A stretch of DNA of 64,000 nt. Origin: Phallusia mammillata. Its lineage: Eukaryota. How positions within the stretch are numbered: position 1 is the stretch's first letter; every line of letters starts with the position of its first letter. The notes under the pieces were generated by a model that saw only the letters and a program-made list of their open reading frames with translations, had not been told where the DNA came from and ran no database searches. The DNA lies in NCBI GenBank assembly GCA_965637545.1, contig OZ281498.1, positions 21,080,001-21,144,000 of the forward strand, read 5' to 3'. Made by a program: the position numbers and the translations under genes. Below are positions 12,486 through 23,175 of this stretch, in pieces.

Positions 12486-13169
12486 ACCCATTGTAATATC
12501 ATATCATCTTACTTTAACTCAACTTAGTGTATGAGTCACAATAACACAGGCGGCCTTTGTTTTCACTCCTCCCCTTCTGGTTCTCTGGCTAGCACTGGGC
12601 CCTTTTATCTTTGCCTAAAACATTATACACTGTCCCACGCCTAGAGTTACACATGAAAAACGTTGGTGGAACCAGTCAAGTTGGGACTTTACAGTAAAAA
12701 AAGCTCTAACAGGAAAAAAAACCCTATTGGATAGTTTCAGGCGCCAGAAGAAAGGGTGCAGCACAAACCTACGTGACAGTTGCGTTGAACCAAGAGGCGA
12801 ATTAATTGCAAGAGATCACAAAAACTGATGAAAAAAGTTTATTTTTGTAAGTATATGTTATCATGTCAAAACCATAAGGAGGACGATTGTGGGTTGCGCT
12901 AAAAATTATTGCGCACCCCAGACCTTCGACGTAGAGCTGCTTGTTGCAAAAAAATATTTAAATTGGCCGCTTGTGAACACGTCTTCAACGCGCGGTACGT
13001 AAAACGAGGGGCGTTTGGTAGGCGTGGATGTCCGCGCGGAACTGCAAATTTCAGTCATCACTGATGATTTGGGCGCATTTCACATTGAGCGATGATTTGG
13101 GCGCATTTCACATTGAGCGAATCCGCCAAAACGAAAATATCTGCCACACTTAAATATTACTTAGAATAC

Positions 13170-14831
13170 CAGGGCCCTGGAGAGAGAAAAAATATGCTGG
13201 TGCAAGTCAATTTCTGGGCCCCCCTTTGAACACTATTTGTGTGCTGATGATCAAGCGTTTAATACGTTTATTCGCCAAAAGAACAAACAAAAGCAAGCTA
13301 GCCGCACTCATTAAACAGCTTGGACAATAACGTCAAACCTTTACAGTTTTAAAAACCTAAAATTCTTTTTACTGCATGCACTATAGCGTTCGTACAACAA
13401 AGTAAACGCTCAAAAGCAAATATTGGTCTTGACATGTACTGTGTCCGCTTAAACCAGGGGTCACCACAAACTTTTTTCAGCGCCAAGACATGGTATTTCT
13501 ACAATCCCAAAATCTGGTAATGCGACTGTTAAACTGTACAGTTCAAGGGTCGGCAACCATCTTTTAGGCGACGCGTGCCAAAGGCTGAATTTTAAGACCA
13601 TGGCATGATAAAAACTATAAACAAGCAGTGTAACAGGTTAAATTGTTACTTCAATGTAAACACACAAATCGGTTGGCGTGCCATAAAATACCTCCTAGCG
13701 TGCCAACCTTGACACGCGTGCCAGTGGTTGCCGTCCCCTGATATAGTTAGTCTCATCTTACGAGCAATGCTTGTATATTACGTCACAAGTAACCTAGGAA
13801 GGCAATTGTTTGCGCACAATCAGCACTTGTAGTCTTGTCTGTGATGTAACAAACTGGCTTTGAATCAATCATAGGCGTTGTAATCTTATGAAACAAGGTA
13901 ATATCAATTCCACATATCGCGACAGGAAAACTTTCGTAGGGAGTAGTTTAATTTTTGAATGTTACAAAGTTACCAATACGATTTCGCAAACCAAAAAATA
14001 TGGTCGAGGGCAGGATGAAATGACCACAAAAATATAAAATATATATACTCGGTATACCAACAAAAATACCTACAAATCGCACAGTAAAGTTCTGCTATTG
14101 TTTGGTTAAAGCCAACTGAACAGGTTATCTGGTAAAAGATTTCCTGTTTTTGTTGGTATACCGAGTCAAGCCAAGACTTTTCACAGCTGAGAAGACTCAA
14201 GTCAAGTCAAGCTTTCGAAAAATGTGACTTAAGTCGGACATGAGACCCCATTACTGCTAATTTGTTTAAAATAATAACTGCTTTGACGGTAATTTTCACA
14301 GGTACGTACAGACCAATTAAAAATGTTAATACGAAGGGTCGAAGGCAGAGAGCAAAGTAAACGTCTTCACACACACACACATAACTGTCGCTTTATCGTT
14401 TATGTACGTTAACAAATATGATCCAATAAAGTATCTCGCTTACTACCAAAGCTGTGACCAAATCAAATACGTGTAACAAATGCTACGTCCAGAAAACTCA
14501 CCAGCACTATGTAGTCAGCGCAAATGTGCATAATTCTTACCAAACAACGGACACAACTGTGGCACAATAAAGTAGAAACATCAATAAGAGATCTCGCTAA
14601 AATTCGCGCATGCACCAACGTAACAATAATAAAACTTGTTGCATAGAGTTGCACTACAAACAAATCAAACTCCACATTCGGCGATCAGCATCAACTTTTT
14701 TCAGTTTCTAAATAATTTTAAAAGTACACATTTCATCACCCTGTAATCTTCAACTTAATAATTATGGGCCCCCTAGACTCTCATGGGCCCCGGTGCGGCG
14801 CACCGGCTGCACCCCCCTCTCGTGGGGCCTG
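13170..14831. mobile_element. Composite non-autonomous TIR element (1662 bp) with a 7-bp TSD
   Basis: Ends CAGGGCCCTGGAGAG / CTCTCGTGGGGCCTG; AGAATAC on both sides (13163-13169, 14832-14838); nested MITE pieces inside; no transposase ORF. Confidence 0.65.
13544..13740. mobile_element. hAT-type MITE (197 bp), nested
   Basis: CAAGGGTCGGCAACC / GGTTGCCGTCCCCTG; degenerate TSD GTACAGTT/ATATAGTT. Confidence 0.7.
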
Positions 14832-15149
14832 AGAATACACATGATATTTAGCGTTGAAAAATGTTTTTAAATGTTGTTTTCTACCAACGTAAACGACATT
14901 TTATGTTAAATGTCGCAAGTTTTCATTTTCCAAAAACGTGGTCCTGTAGACTTGCATAGTCAGACCACGGCTCCTGTAGTTTTTGTTTCCATCCGTAATT
15001 TCTATTACATCAGTTTAGATTTAGTCATGGTGCATGGTAAAGTAAATAGTTCATTGATTCCAATTGTCCAGAAATACATCAGGGTTTGGAAAACAGCACA
15101 GTTCAATTATTTTATTCATATGTACACATTATTTGCATCGTGTAATTAC

Positions 15150-15310
15150 ATGTCAACAAATGCACGATTCCTGATAATGATAACTGTCTCATGTTCCTTC
15201 CAAACTTCTTCAATCTGCTTCACAACTTGTTGTCTTCCATTCAAAACCAACAGAAAATACTTAAGACAAGCGTGTGCCATGCTTAAACTAATTTAGCGGG
15301 TAAATATTGT
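15150..15310 (-). pseudogene. Same exon, copy 3 (SLSMAHACLKYFLLVLNGRQQVVKQIEEVWKEHETVIIIRNRAFVD)
   Basis: TAG acceptor and GTAATT donor; in-frame TAA at codon 6. Confidence 0.6.
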
Positions 15311-16229
15311 CTATCGAATACATAAACAACTTTTAATACCCAGTTTTAAATGTGTCTGTTCTACCGATTTACTTAAATACCTTTTGCAAATCTATCCTTG
15401 TTAACCCTGGCTACGTCTGACATTCGCTGTTGTGGACCACGCCACTCTTTAAAGTGCGTCCGACAAACATAACAGCATGTTTCGTGTTGGATTATTTTAA
15501 TAATTTGTAAACAAAGGATACAATACACCATGTTATATTCGGTCAATCTTTAGGGACGCAGCGAAGCGAAGCGGTTTTGTCCCTGTGCAGCAAACTGGCG
15601 TCTTGTGGGCGTGCACAACTTTTTTACCCTCCTCCTCTCGTAACCGACTATAGCTCTGTATTATGTTTTACGTGCTACATACAAGGCGTTTACATTCAGC
15701 GAATTCACCCTAAATCATAATCTGCCACAAGTGAAAATAACTGGGAATGCATTCTTTTAACCTATAAGGCCAACATACACTGGACGCAGCGAAGCGGCGC
15801 CGTTTTGCATCACAAAACTTATGCTTCGTGGGCGTTTTATAGGCGTGATCAGGTGCTGACTCCTGGTTTAATAACTGCGATAGCTCAGACTTAGGTATCT
15901 ACTTCACGAGTTTTATTACAAGCAACATAACAAACAGACGAACACAGATAACTTACTTTTTAGGTTCAGCGGAACATCAAATTGACCACAGACACGACGT
16001 CGAGGCGAATATCATTAGAATATAAATTTGCACTTTGAACAGTATTTACCTTAAAAACAAAAATTTAGAACTAGAATGAATATCATGTATGTAGCGTGGT
16101 ATTTATAGGTGCAGCGAAGAATAATTCTCTGCCACCAGCAAAGATAACTTGAAATGAACGTGCAGTTTAGCAGGTAAAAATGATACATGGTAAAAATATT
16201 TTTGTAATAAATGAAGCCTTTCGTTTTTA

Positions 16230-16530
16230 AGACCATGGGCATACAGGCTTGCATAGCCACACTATGTAACACCAGTTTAGCTTTTTGTTCCAATCCGTAA
16301 TTTTCTTATACCTGTTCAGTAATGGTGCATGTTAAAGATTGTATAGTTCATTGATTCTAATTGTCCAGCAAATCAGCAAGGTGCGGATAAGAGCACGGTC
16401 CAATTGTTCATATGTACACATTATTTGCATCGTGTAATTACATATTAACTAATGCACGGCTCCTGATGATGAAAACTGTCTCATGATCTTTCCAATAAGT
16501 ACAAGTTTCTTTAATCACAACTTGTTCAGC
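16230..16530 (-). pseudogene. Truncated copy 4 (3' half of the exon plus downstream segment)
   Basis: CATGAGACAGTTTTCATCATCAGGAGCCGTGCATT matches the ETVxIIxxR motif; multiple stops and indels. Confidence 0.5.
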
Positions 16531-17771
16531 CGATTGTTCCGCTATAGAGTTATAGGGACGTCGTTTTGTTTTTAAAATAATTTAGCAGGTATAGAAAAAG
16601 CACACGCACTGTCTGATTTCTTACAAACTGGTCTTTCCCGTAAATTTTATCGCTACATTTAAGAATCGAAAAGTATCCGCCCATTTTATGTAGGTTTTAA
16701 GTAGAACGAGTCGCTTGGAGCAAGCCGGCCAGTTTAGAAAATCTATTTAAAATCTAATCTACTTACACTACCGTTTCCAAACCAGGTTATGGTTCAGTTT
16801 GAATGAAATGGCGGTATTTCAATTTGACATTACGGTACTGCGTTTATGCTATGCCCGGTTACACCAGTTGATTAAATAATAATAATAATAATAAAACTAA
16901 ACACACTAAATGCAAAACGCGATTTTAAACTAATCATAAAGATTTTTTAAACCTGCAGGTGCTTGCATTAAACCAGTGTTTATACGAAACTGTGGCAGAT
17001 TCTAGCAGAAAAAGTAAATGGTATGTCAAGGGTGCCCAGCAGCTTTTTGTGATGAGGCAAGGAGTTTGCAAAGTTGCCAAAAGATAGAAACAATTACAAA
17101 CAGTGCGTTTTAGTTAACTCCTATAGCACTCCTAATTTAGGAGTACGAAAAACAAATATAGGATACTTTATTCTTTCCCGCATTTTTTCAATTCTTAAAG
17201 TATTACCCACTGGATTTTGCAAAAAAATTATCGTTTATTTGGGGTCACAATAAAATCAAATCAAATACAACGACATATTTCTTTAGATTTACGAACCTCC
17301 TGTGAGTGAACACGGCGTATCCGCGTGTTCAGCGCGTGACTCAGTCGTGATCATTGGCGTGACGTAAAACTACGGAATTTCGGGGCGGCGGGGAAGACGG
17401 CAGCGCGCGCTCGTAATTATTATAGTGAACAAGGATATTTTTTTAACAAATCCAATCAAACAAGTTATTAAACCAAAGCGATTATTTTTCATCATTTCAA
17501 AATGCATGAGCATAAAAGGTAAACTTTGACAGATACAATGATACATTGTACAAACGGTAAATGTCTCAATTAGCCTGTATTTTCCAAGAACATAGTCGCA
17601 TAGGCGTGCATAGCTATTGACTACGACCACGACACTCCAGTGTAGTTTTTTGTTTCCATCCGTAATTCCTGTTACATCAGTGAAATCCAATTGTTCAGAA
17701 AATCCGCAAAATATAAAAAATAGCGCAGTTAAATTGTTCATATGTACACATTGTTTGCATCGTGTGGTTAC

Positions 17772-17932
17772 ATGTCAACAAATACACGATATTTGATGAT
17801 CAGAATTGTCTCTTCTTCTTTCCAAACTTTCTCTATTTGTAGAACAACTTGTTGCCTTTCATTCCAAACCAACATAAAACACTTGAGATAGGCGTGAGCC
17901 ATGCTTAAACTTATGTCTCTGGTAAATTTTGT
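17772..17932 (-). pseudogene. Same exon, copy 5 (SLSMAHAYLKCFMLVWNERQQVVLQIEKVWKEEETILIIKYRVFVD)
   Basis: CGACAG acceptor and GTAACC donor; this exon is open but its neighbours are degenerate. Confidence 0.6.
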
Positions 17933-18184
17933 CTGTCGAATACAGCAAAAACTTTTAGTAACCAATTTCGAATATGTCTGTCTCGCTGATTCACTTAAAC
18001 ACTTTTTGTTAATCGAGCTACTGCCCTTTTCTACCCTGGCTACGTCTGATGTCCGTTGTTTTCCGTATAAACGTCAACTTTGCTGCCTCTGTGAATTCTG
18101 TGGGGAATCCCCAGCTAAAAAGTTTACCGTTTAAAGTGCGTCCGACAAAAAGCGATGCTTGACTGCTTCTTATGTATGTGTTAC

Positions 18185-18780
18185 TATTGTTTAAGATTGA
18201 ATTAACTTGTAAAAATATTGGTATGTCACGTGTTGGATTGCTTTAATAACTCGTAAATATAGAATACAATCCAACATGATGTGTTCGGTCTACCTTTAAG
18301 AGCAAAGCAAACGTAACGAAGCAAACGTAACGTCACTGTCTTTTTTGAACTACGAACGAACGAAGTAACAATTTCGCAAAGCTTTTTATAGGTTCGTGCA
18401 CTGTTCAATTTGGATCCGTTTTCGGGGATTCTTAAGTTGTTCCGACAAAAGCTTTTATACTGGGCGAATCTTAAAGCTTTTTTATATGTCACCTTAGTTT
18501 AAGCTTGAATTAACTTGTAATATAATCGGTATGTTGTGAGTTGAATTACTTTATGATTCATGATGTATTCCGTCAACGTTTTAGCGGTCCAATGTCTGTT
18601 TGCATGAGAAGATTGAAAGTGCGTTAAACCAAAAACGCGATCCTTGCCTCCTTGTTTTAGATGTTACCTTTGTTTAAACTTGAAATAACTTGTATAAACA
18701 CTGGTATGTATCGTTTTGGAATATTTTTGTTTCTTAAATAAGGGATACAGTACATCATGAGATATTCTTTTAACCTACAA
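18185..18780 (-). repeat. Three degenerate ~100-bp units; two more at 20446-20832 and a partial one near 15470
   Basis: Shared plus-strand motif TTAACTTG...GGTATG...GTTG(G/A)ATT.CTTT...CATGATGTATTC.GTC. Confidence 0.75.
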
Positions 18781-19705
18781 AGCCCACATACACTGGACGC
18801 AGCAAAGCGATGCCAAGTTCCACTCTAGTGAACTCCGTCTGTTCCGCATGATAAAACTTGGGGCGTTTTATAGGCGTAATCAGGCGCGTTGTATTTCCCT
18901 GGCAATAATTTCACGCATGGTTTTTGCTTAGCGTTTACACTCAGCGAATTTACCGTGAATATTAATCTGCCACAAGTAAAGATAACTCGAAATGCACATT
19001 GTTAAAGCATATTATACATTCTATAATAAATGTTGCAAGCCTCTCTATAATGTTGTTTTGCACTGTCGTTCCTTGGTCAAATGTAAATTTAAGTCGCGAT
19101 ATGTGTGATACTCCAAGAGGCATTTGCGGACTTCTGGCCTTTCATCCACAGATGTTTGTTGCACCACTATTCAAAATTGACGAAGTTTCAGTGTGTAAAT
19201 ACGACAAACACACGTGTACGGACCGCCACGATCACGTTTTCGACGCGTGATCAATCGGTGCGTCGTGTAGGTGTGTGGGTCGCAGAAGGTGGGTGATTTC
19301 TTTTGGCGGTTTCGCGTTCGTGCGTTCGCGTTTACCCTCTTTATGTACGAGGCGTTTAGATTAACCAAAGTTACTCTGAATAATAATCTACCACAAGTAG
19401 ATATATATTGTAATGTACGTAAGGTTTAGCAGTTTAATATGAACCTTTGTACAAACATAAACACATTCAATGTTTAATGTTGCAAGCCTTTATTTTCCAA
19501 AACATAGTTGTCTTGTATATAGCCAGACCACGGCACTCCAGTGTAGCTTTTTGTTTTCATCCGTAATTTCTTTTACATCAGTTCAGTAATGATGCATGGT
19601 AAAAAAGTAGTTCAATGAATCCCATTGTTCAGAAAATCCGCGAAATATGAAACATTGCACAGATCAGTTTTTCATATGTACACATTATTTGCATCGTGTA
19701 GTTAC

Positions 19706-19866
19706 ATGTCAACAAATGCACGGAGTTTAATAATGATGATTTTCTCATGTTCGTTCCAAAGGTCTTCAATCTGCTTGACAACTTGTTGTCTTCCATTCCA
19801 AACCAACACAAAATACTTGCGATAGGCGTGTGCCATGTTTAAATTTCTTTATCTGGTAAATTTTGT
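19706..19866 (-). pseudogene. Same exon, copy 6
   Basis: CGACAG acceptor and GTAACT donor; in-frame TAA at the same codon as in copy 3. Confidence 0.6.
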
Positions 19867-20127
19867 CTGTCGAATACATAAACAACTTTTAGTAACCAAT
19901 ATCGAATATGTCTGTCTCGCTGATTCACTGAAATACTTTTTGTTAATCGAACCACTGCCCCTTTCCACCCTGGCTACGTCTGAGATCCGTTGTTTTCCGT
20001 ATAGGCCTAAACGTCGACTTGGTTGCTGCGTTAACAAGTGAATTCTGTGGGGAATCCCCAGCTCAAATGTTTTGCCTTGAGTGCGCCCGAGAAGCCATGC
20101 TCGTCTTTCTTATTTGGAAGTGATTAT

Positions 20128-20435
20128 CAAACTGTGTGCCGCGGCACACTAGTGTGCCGTGTGAGGTTTCCAAGTGTGCCGCGAAATCTTCTTGTTTTAA
20201 AGTGCAAGCTTTTCCTGGTGTTTTAAGACTTCACAATGAAAGACTGGTGTGTATGACAACGTTTCAAAGCTCATATTTTTGTTATTTGTTAATTGAAAGC
20301 ATCCTTACCCATCACGATTAGGTTGAAAATTACCATTTTTAAACAACTTTTGTTATGTTTACCTGCAAAGTGTGCCACGGCAACATATTTTAGTTCTTTA
20401 ATGTGTCGCATGCATAAAAAGTTTGAGAACCACTG
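20128..20435. mobile_element. hAT-type MITE remnant (right end only)
   Basis: Right TIR GTTTGAGAACCACTG; internal GTGTGCCG repeats; left TIR not found. Confidence 0.55.
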
Positions 20436-21143
20436 TTATGTAGGAATGGTACCTTTGTTTAAGATTGAACTAACTTGCAAAAACATTAGCATGTCACGTG
20501 TTGGATTACTTTAATAACTCGTAAATATAGACTACAATCCAACATGATGTATTCGGTCTACCTTTAAGACCCATCCACGCCACGCTCCGGACGAACATTA
20601 CGTGCGAGTGAGCGAGCGTATACAACCTACAAAGCTTTCGGTTTTCGGGATTGGATCCGTTTTCGGGGATTTTTAGTTTTTCCGACAAAAGCTTTTATAT
20701 AGCCTTTATACTCGGCGAATCTTAAAGCTTTTTTATATGTAACCTTTGTTTAAGCTTGAATAATTAACTTGTAATATAACCGGTATGTTTCGAGTTGAAT
20801 TACTTTAATATTTCATGATGTACTCCGTCAACGTAGAACCTACTGACAAAAAATATAATCTCACCATTGATTAGGGGTACACATCATAAAATAATTTCTG
20901 GATATTTTTAAACACCATTTGTTTTGGTTGTACAAGTTATTGTTAGAGATCAGCGTAGCAACAGCAATGAGTGAGAAACATGTTCCCACAAAAATGTGGG
21001 TAAGTTCTACTTTTTTTCCAATCCAACTGCATTTTTTTCCCATGCTTGTTTGTCAGGGAAGAGCATGTACTGGGGTAATAGAATATCCCACATTGCTTCA
21101 CAAGTATGTCGTACAATATTGGACACAACTTGTCTGCTAAGTC

Positions 21144-21593
21144 CAGGGAGTCGAATTTTCTAAAAACCCAAACCGGAGTTGAACCCCATATTTTGTTTGG
21201 CGTTGGACCCGAACCGGAACTGAACCAGTAAACAATGCAGTCTGTTTTATATTTTGTGATTTAAAAAAAAACAGCGCACTGAAGAATACACGAGATAGCA
21301 CTTACGTCAAAAAATACAGGCGTGTCAAAAATAACAGTGCACGTGCAAAATTATTTTGGGGTTTGATAAGGACAGGTAGATGATGGGTAGAATTAAATTA
21401 AAACGATTGAAAATTTGAACCGGTTTAAAAACCGCAAACCGGTTCGGACCGGATAATTTGCCCAAACCGGAACAAAACCCGAACCCGAAAATATACATTT
21501 TTAAAAACCTGAACCGAACCCGAAACCCTAAAAACAAAACGAAGTGAACCCGAACCGAACCTGAACCCGTATGACAAGCGGTTCGACTCCCTG
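21144..21593. mobile_element. hAT-type MITE (450 bp) with AACCCGAACC subterminal repeats
   Basis: TIR CAGGGAGTCGAA / TTCGACTCCCTG; perfect 8-bp TSD GCTAAGTC. Confidence 0.92.
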
Positions 21594-21675
21594 GCTAAGT
21601 CTGTAGGACAGCGGTGCAGAAACGAATTTGCGCGGAAGTGAACATGTTGATTAAAATATATGAACTTGTGGCCGT

Positions 21676-21701
21676 GGGGGGGGGGGGGGGGGGGGGGGGG
21701 G
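21676..21701 (+). repeat. Poly-G tract (26 nt)
   Basis: Direct read. Confidence 0.9.
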
Positions 21702-21886
21702 AAGAAAATGTCTAAACAATATTAAGCGACTTTTACGATGTCTGCATTGTTTATGTTTCTGGTTTTGTTTACATAGCCTCTGCCGTTTGTATGTTGTTTA
21801 AACGGACAAAAAAGTTGCGTGGCTGTACGGGGATTTTTTTATCGTTGACGCAAATTTACTGCATATATTTTATGCAAGGTGTACAT

Positions 21887-22340
21887 CAGTGGTGGCCAAA
21901 CTACGGCCCGCGGGCCGCATCCGGCCCCCAGTCCTGTTTCATCCGGCCCGCCAAACACCTTGCCTGGTTTTTTTCCAAGCACCATATTTACCACTGTGAA
22001 CAAGCAGTGCAACAGCGCTGGCTGCTACTAGCAGTAGCTTGTGGCAAGCGTTGTTAATTTTAGAATAAATGCCCTTGCAGCGTTATTTTTACTCCAGACT
22101 ATAAAAGGCTTGTTCAAAATTGTGGACAGTTGCATTTATCTCATATATATATAAGCTTTTATTAAATACAAGTGTAAACAAGATGGTGTTATTTATTGTT
22201 ATTCTACTACAATAATATATATTTTAATAAAGATGGCAACCAGTTACGACAAATTTTACGTAAATCTCATTTAATCCGGCCCTCCAGTGGCAAGACAGTT
22301 GCAAATTTGGCCCTCTGGTAAAAAAGTTTGGCCACCCCTG
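21887..22340. mobile_element. hAT-type MITE (454 bp)
   Basis: CAGTGGTGGCCAAAC / GTTTGGCCACCCCTG; perfect TSD GTGTACAT; a related left-end fragment lies at about 365-400. Confidence 0.92.
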
Positions 22341-23175
22341 GTGTACATAATTACTTGATATAGTAATCTATCCCCTCAAGTGCGTTCTAACGAAAAATTG
22401 TACAATTTTTACAATGGGACAATGTGCCAATGATAGAGTGGTGTTCTGTGTGCGATATTATTAAGATTTACCACAGAGCGAAATATGATATATATTCGCC
22501 GGGTCGGAACAAAATTTGGTAGCAATGTTTCCTTTACGCACTAACGGGTACACGCGGCCATTACAAATACAAGACACCATCTGTTGCGTTTTCATCCCGT
22601 CCCGGCAGAAGTGCAGACCGGCTGTTACTGGGTTACTCGCGTGAGTGCAATTAGCAATTACGGCGTTAAGGTCACTCTTTTCGGGTGCGAACTAAAACCT
22701 TTTTACAAGAGGAAGCGATTGTTTTTATTTCCAACAAATAGGTTGTTTTCTTGCAGTTGTATGTATTTAAAGATAGATATGCATGTCTTGAAGTTAATAA
22801 GACGAGAATAAAAAGATGTGAAGCATTGGTTTGTTAGTTATGCCTTTAGTTATATTTAGTAGATGCTGCTAAGCAAGTCTTCATAAACATGTATTTTTAA
22901 ATAGCGATGAAAGTATGTTATTGCAAAAAGTAGCTAAACTGCATTGCTTTGTTGTAATGTATAAGCTCTTTAGTAAGGGTTCTGCATGTATAACAAAACA
23001 TTATTCTACTGGAACTGAGGCTTTTCAGGATTAAATGGTTAAAATCCGATGGTGACAACACAAATGGTTGTATCACCTCAAATAAAATGCAATTGTAACA
23101 TCATGCCAAATTTTTTGTACTGTATACTGCATTTTTTAATGAATTGTTTTCCTCAGATATTTTTGTTGGAAAACA

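Noticed and set aside
14910-15296. Plus-strand Cys-rich ORFs (SICFTTCCLP) repeated across the array
   Set aside because: Shadow of the minus-strand exon; this frame gains stops and non-synonymous changes where the minus frame is synonymous.
16935-17100. CxxCPAAFC PHD-finger-like fragment
   Set aside because: Stops immediately upstream, incomplete Cys/His pattern and no partner exons.
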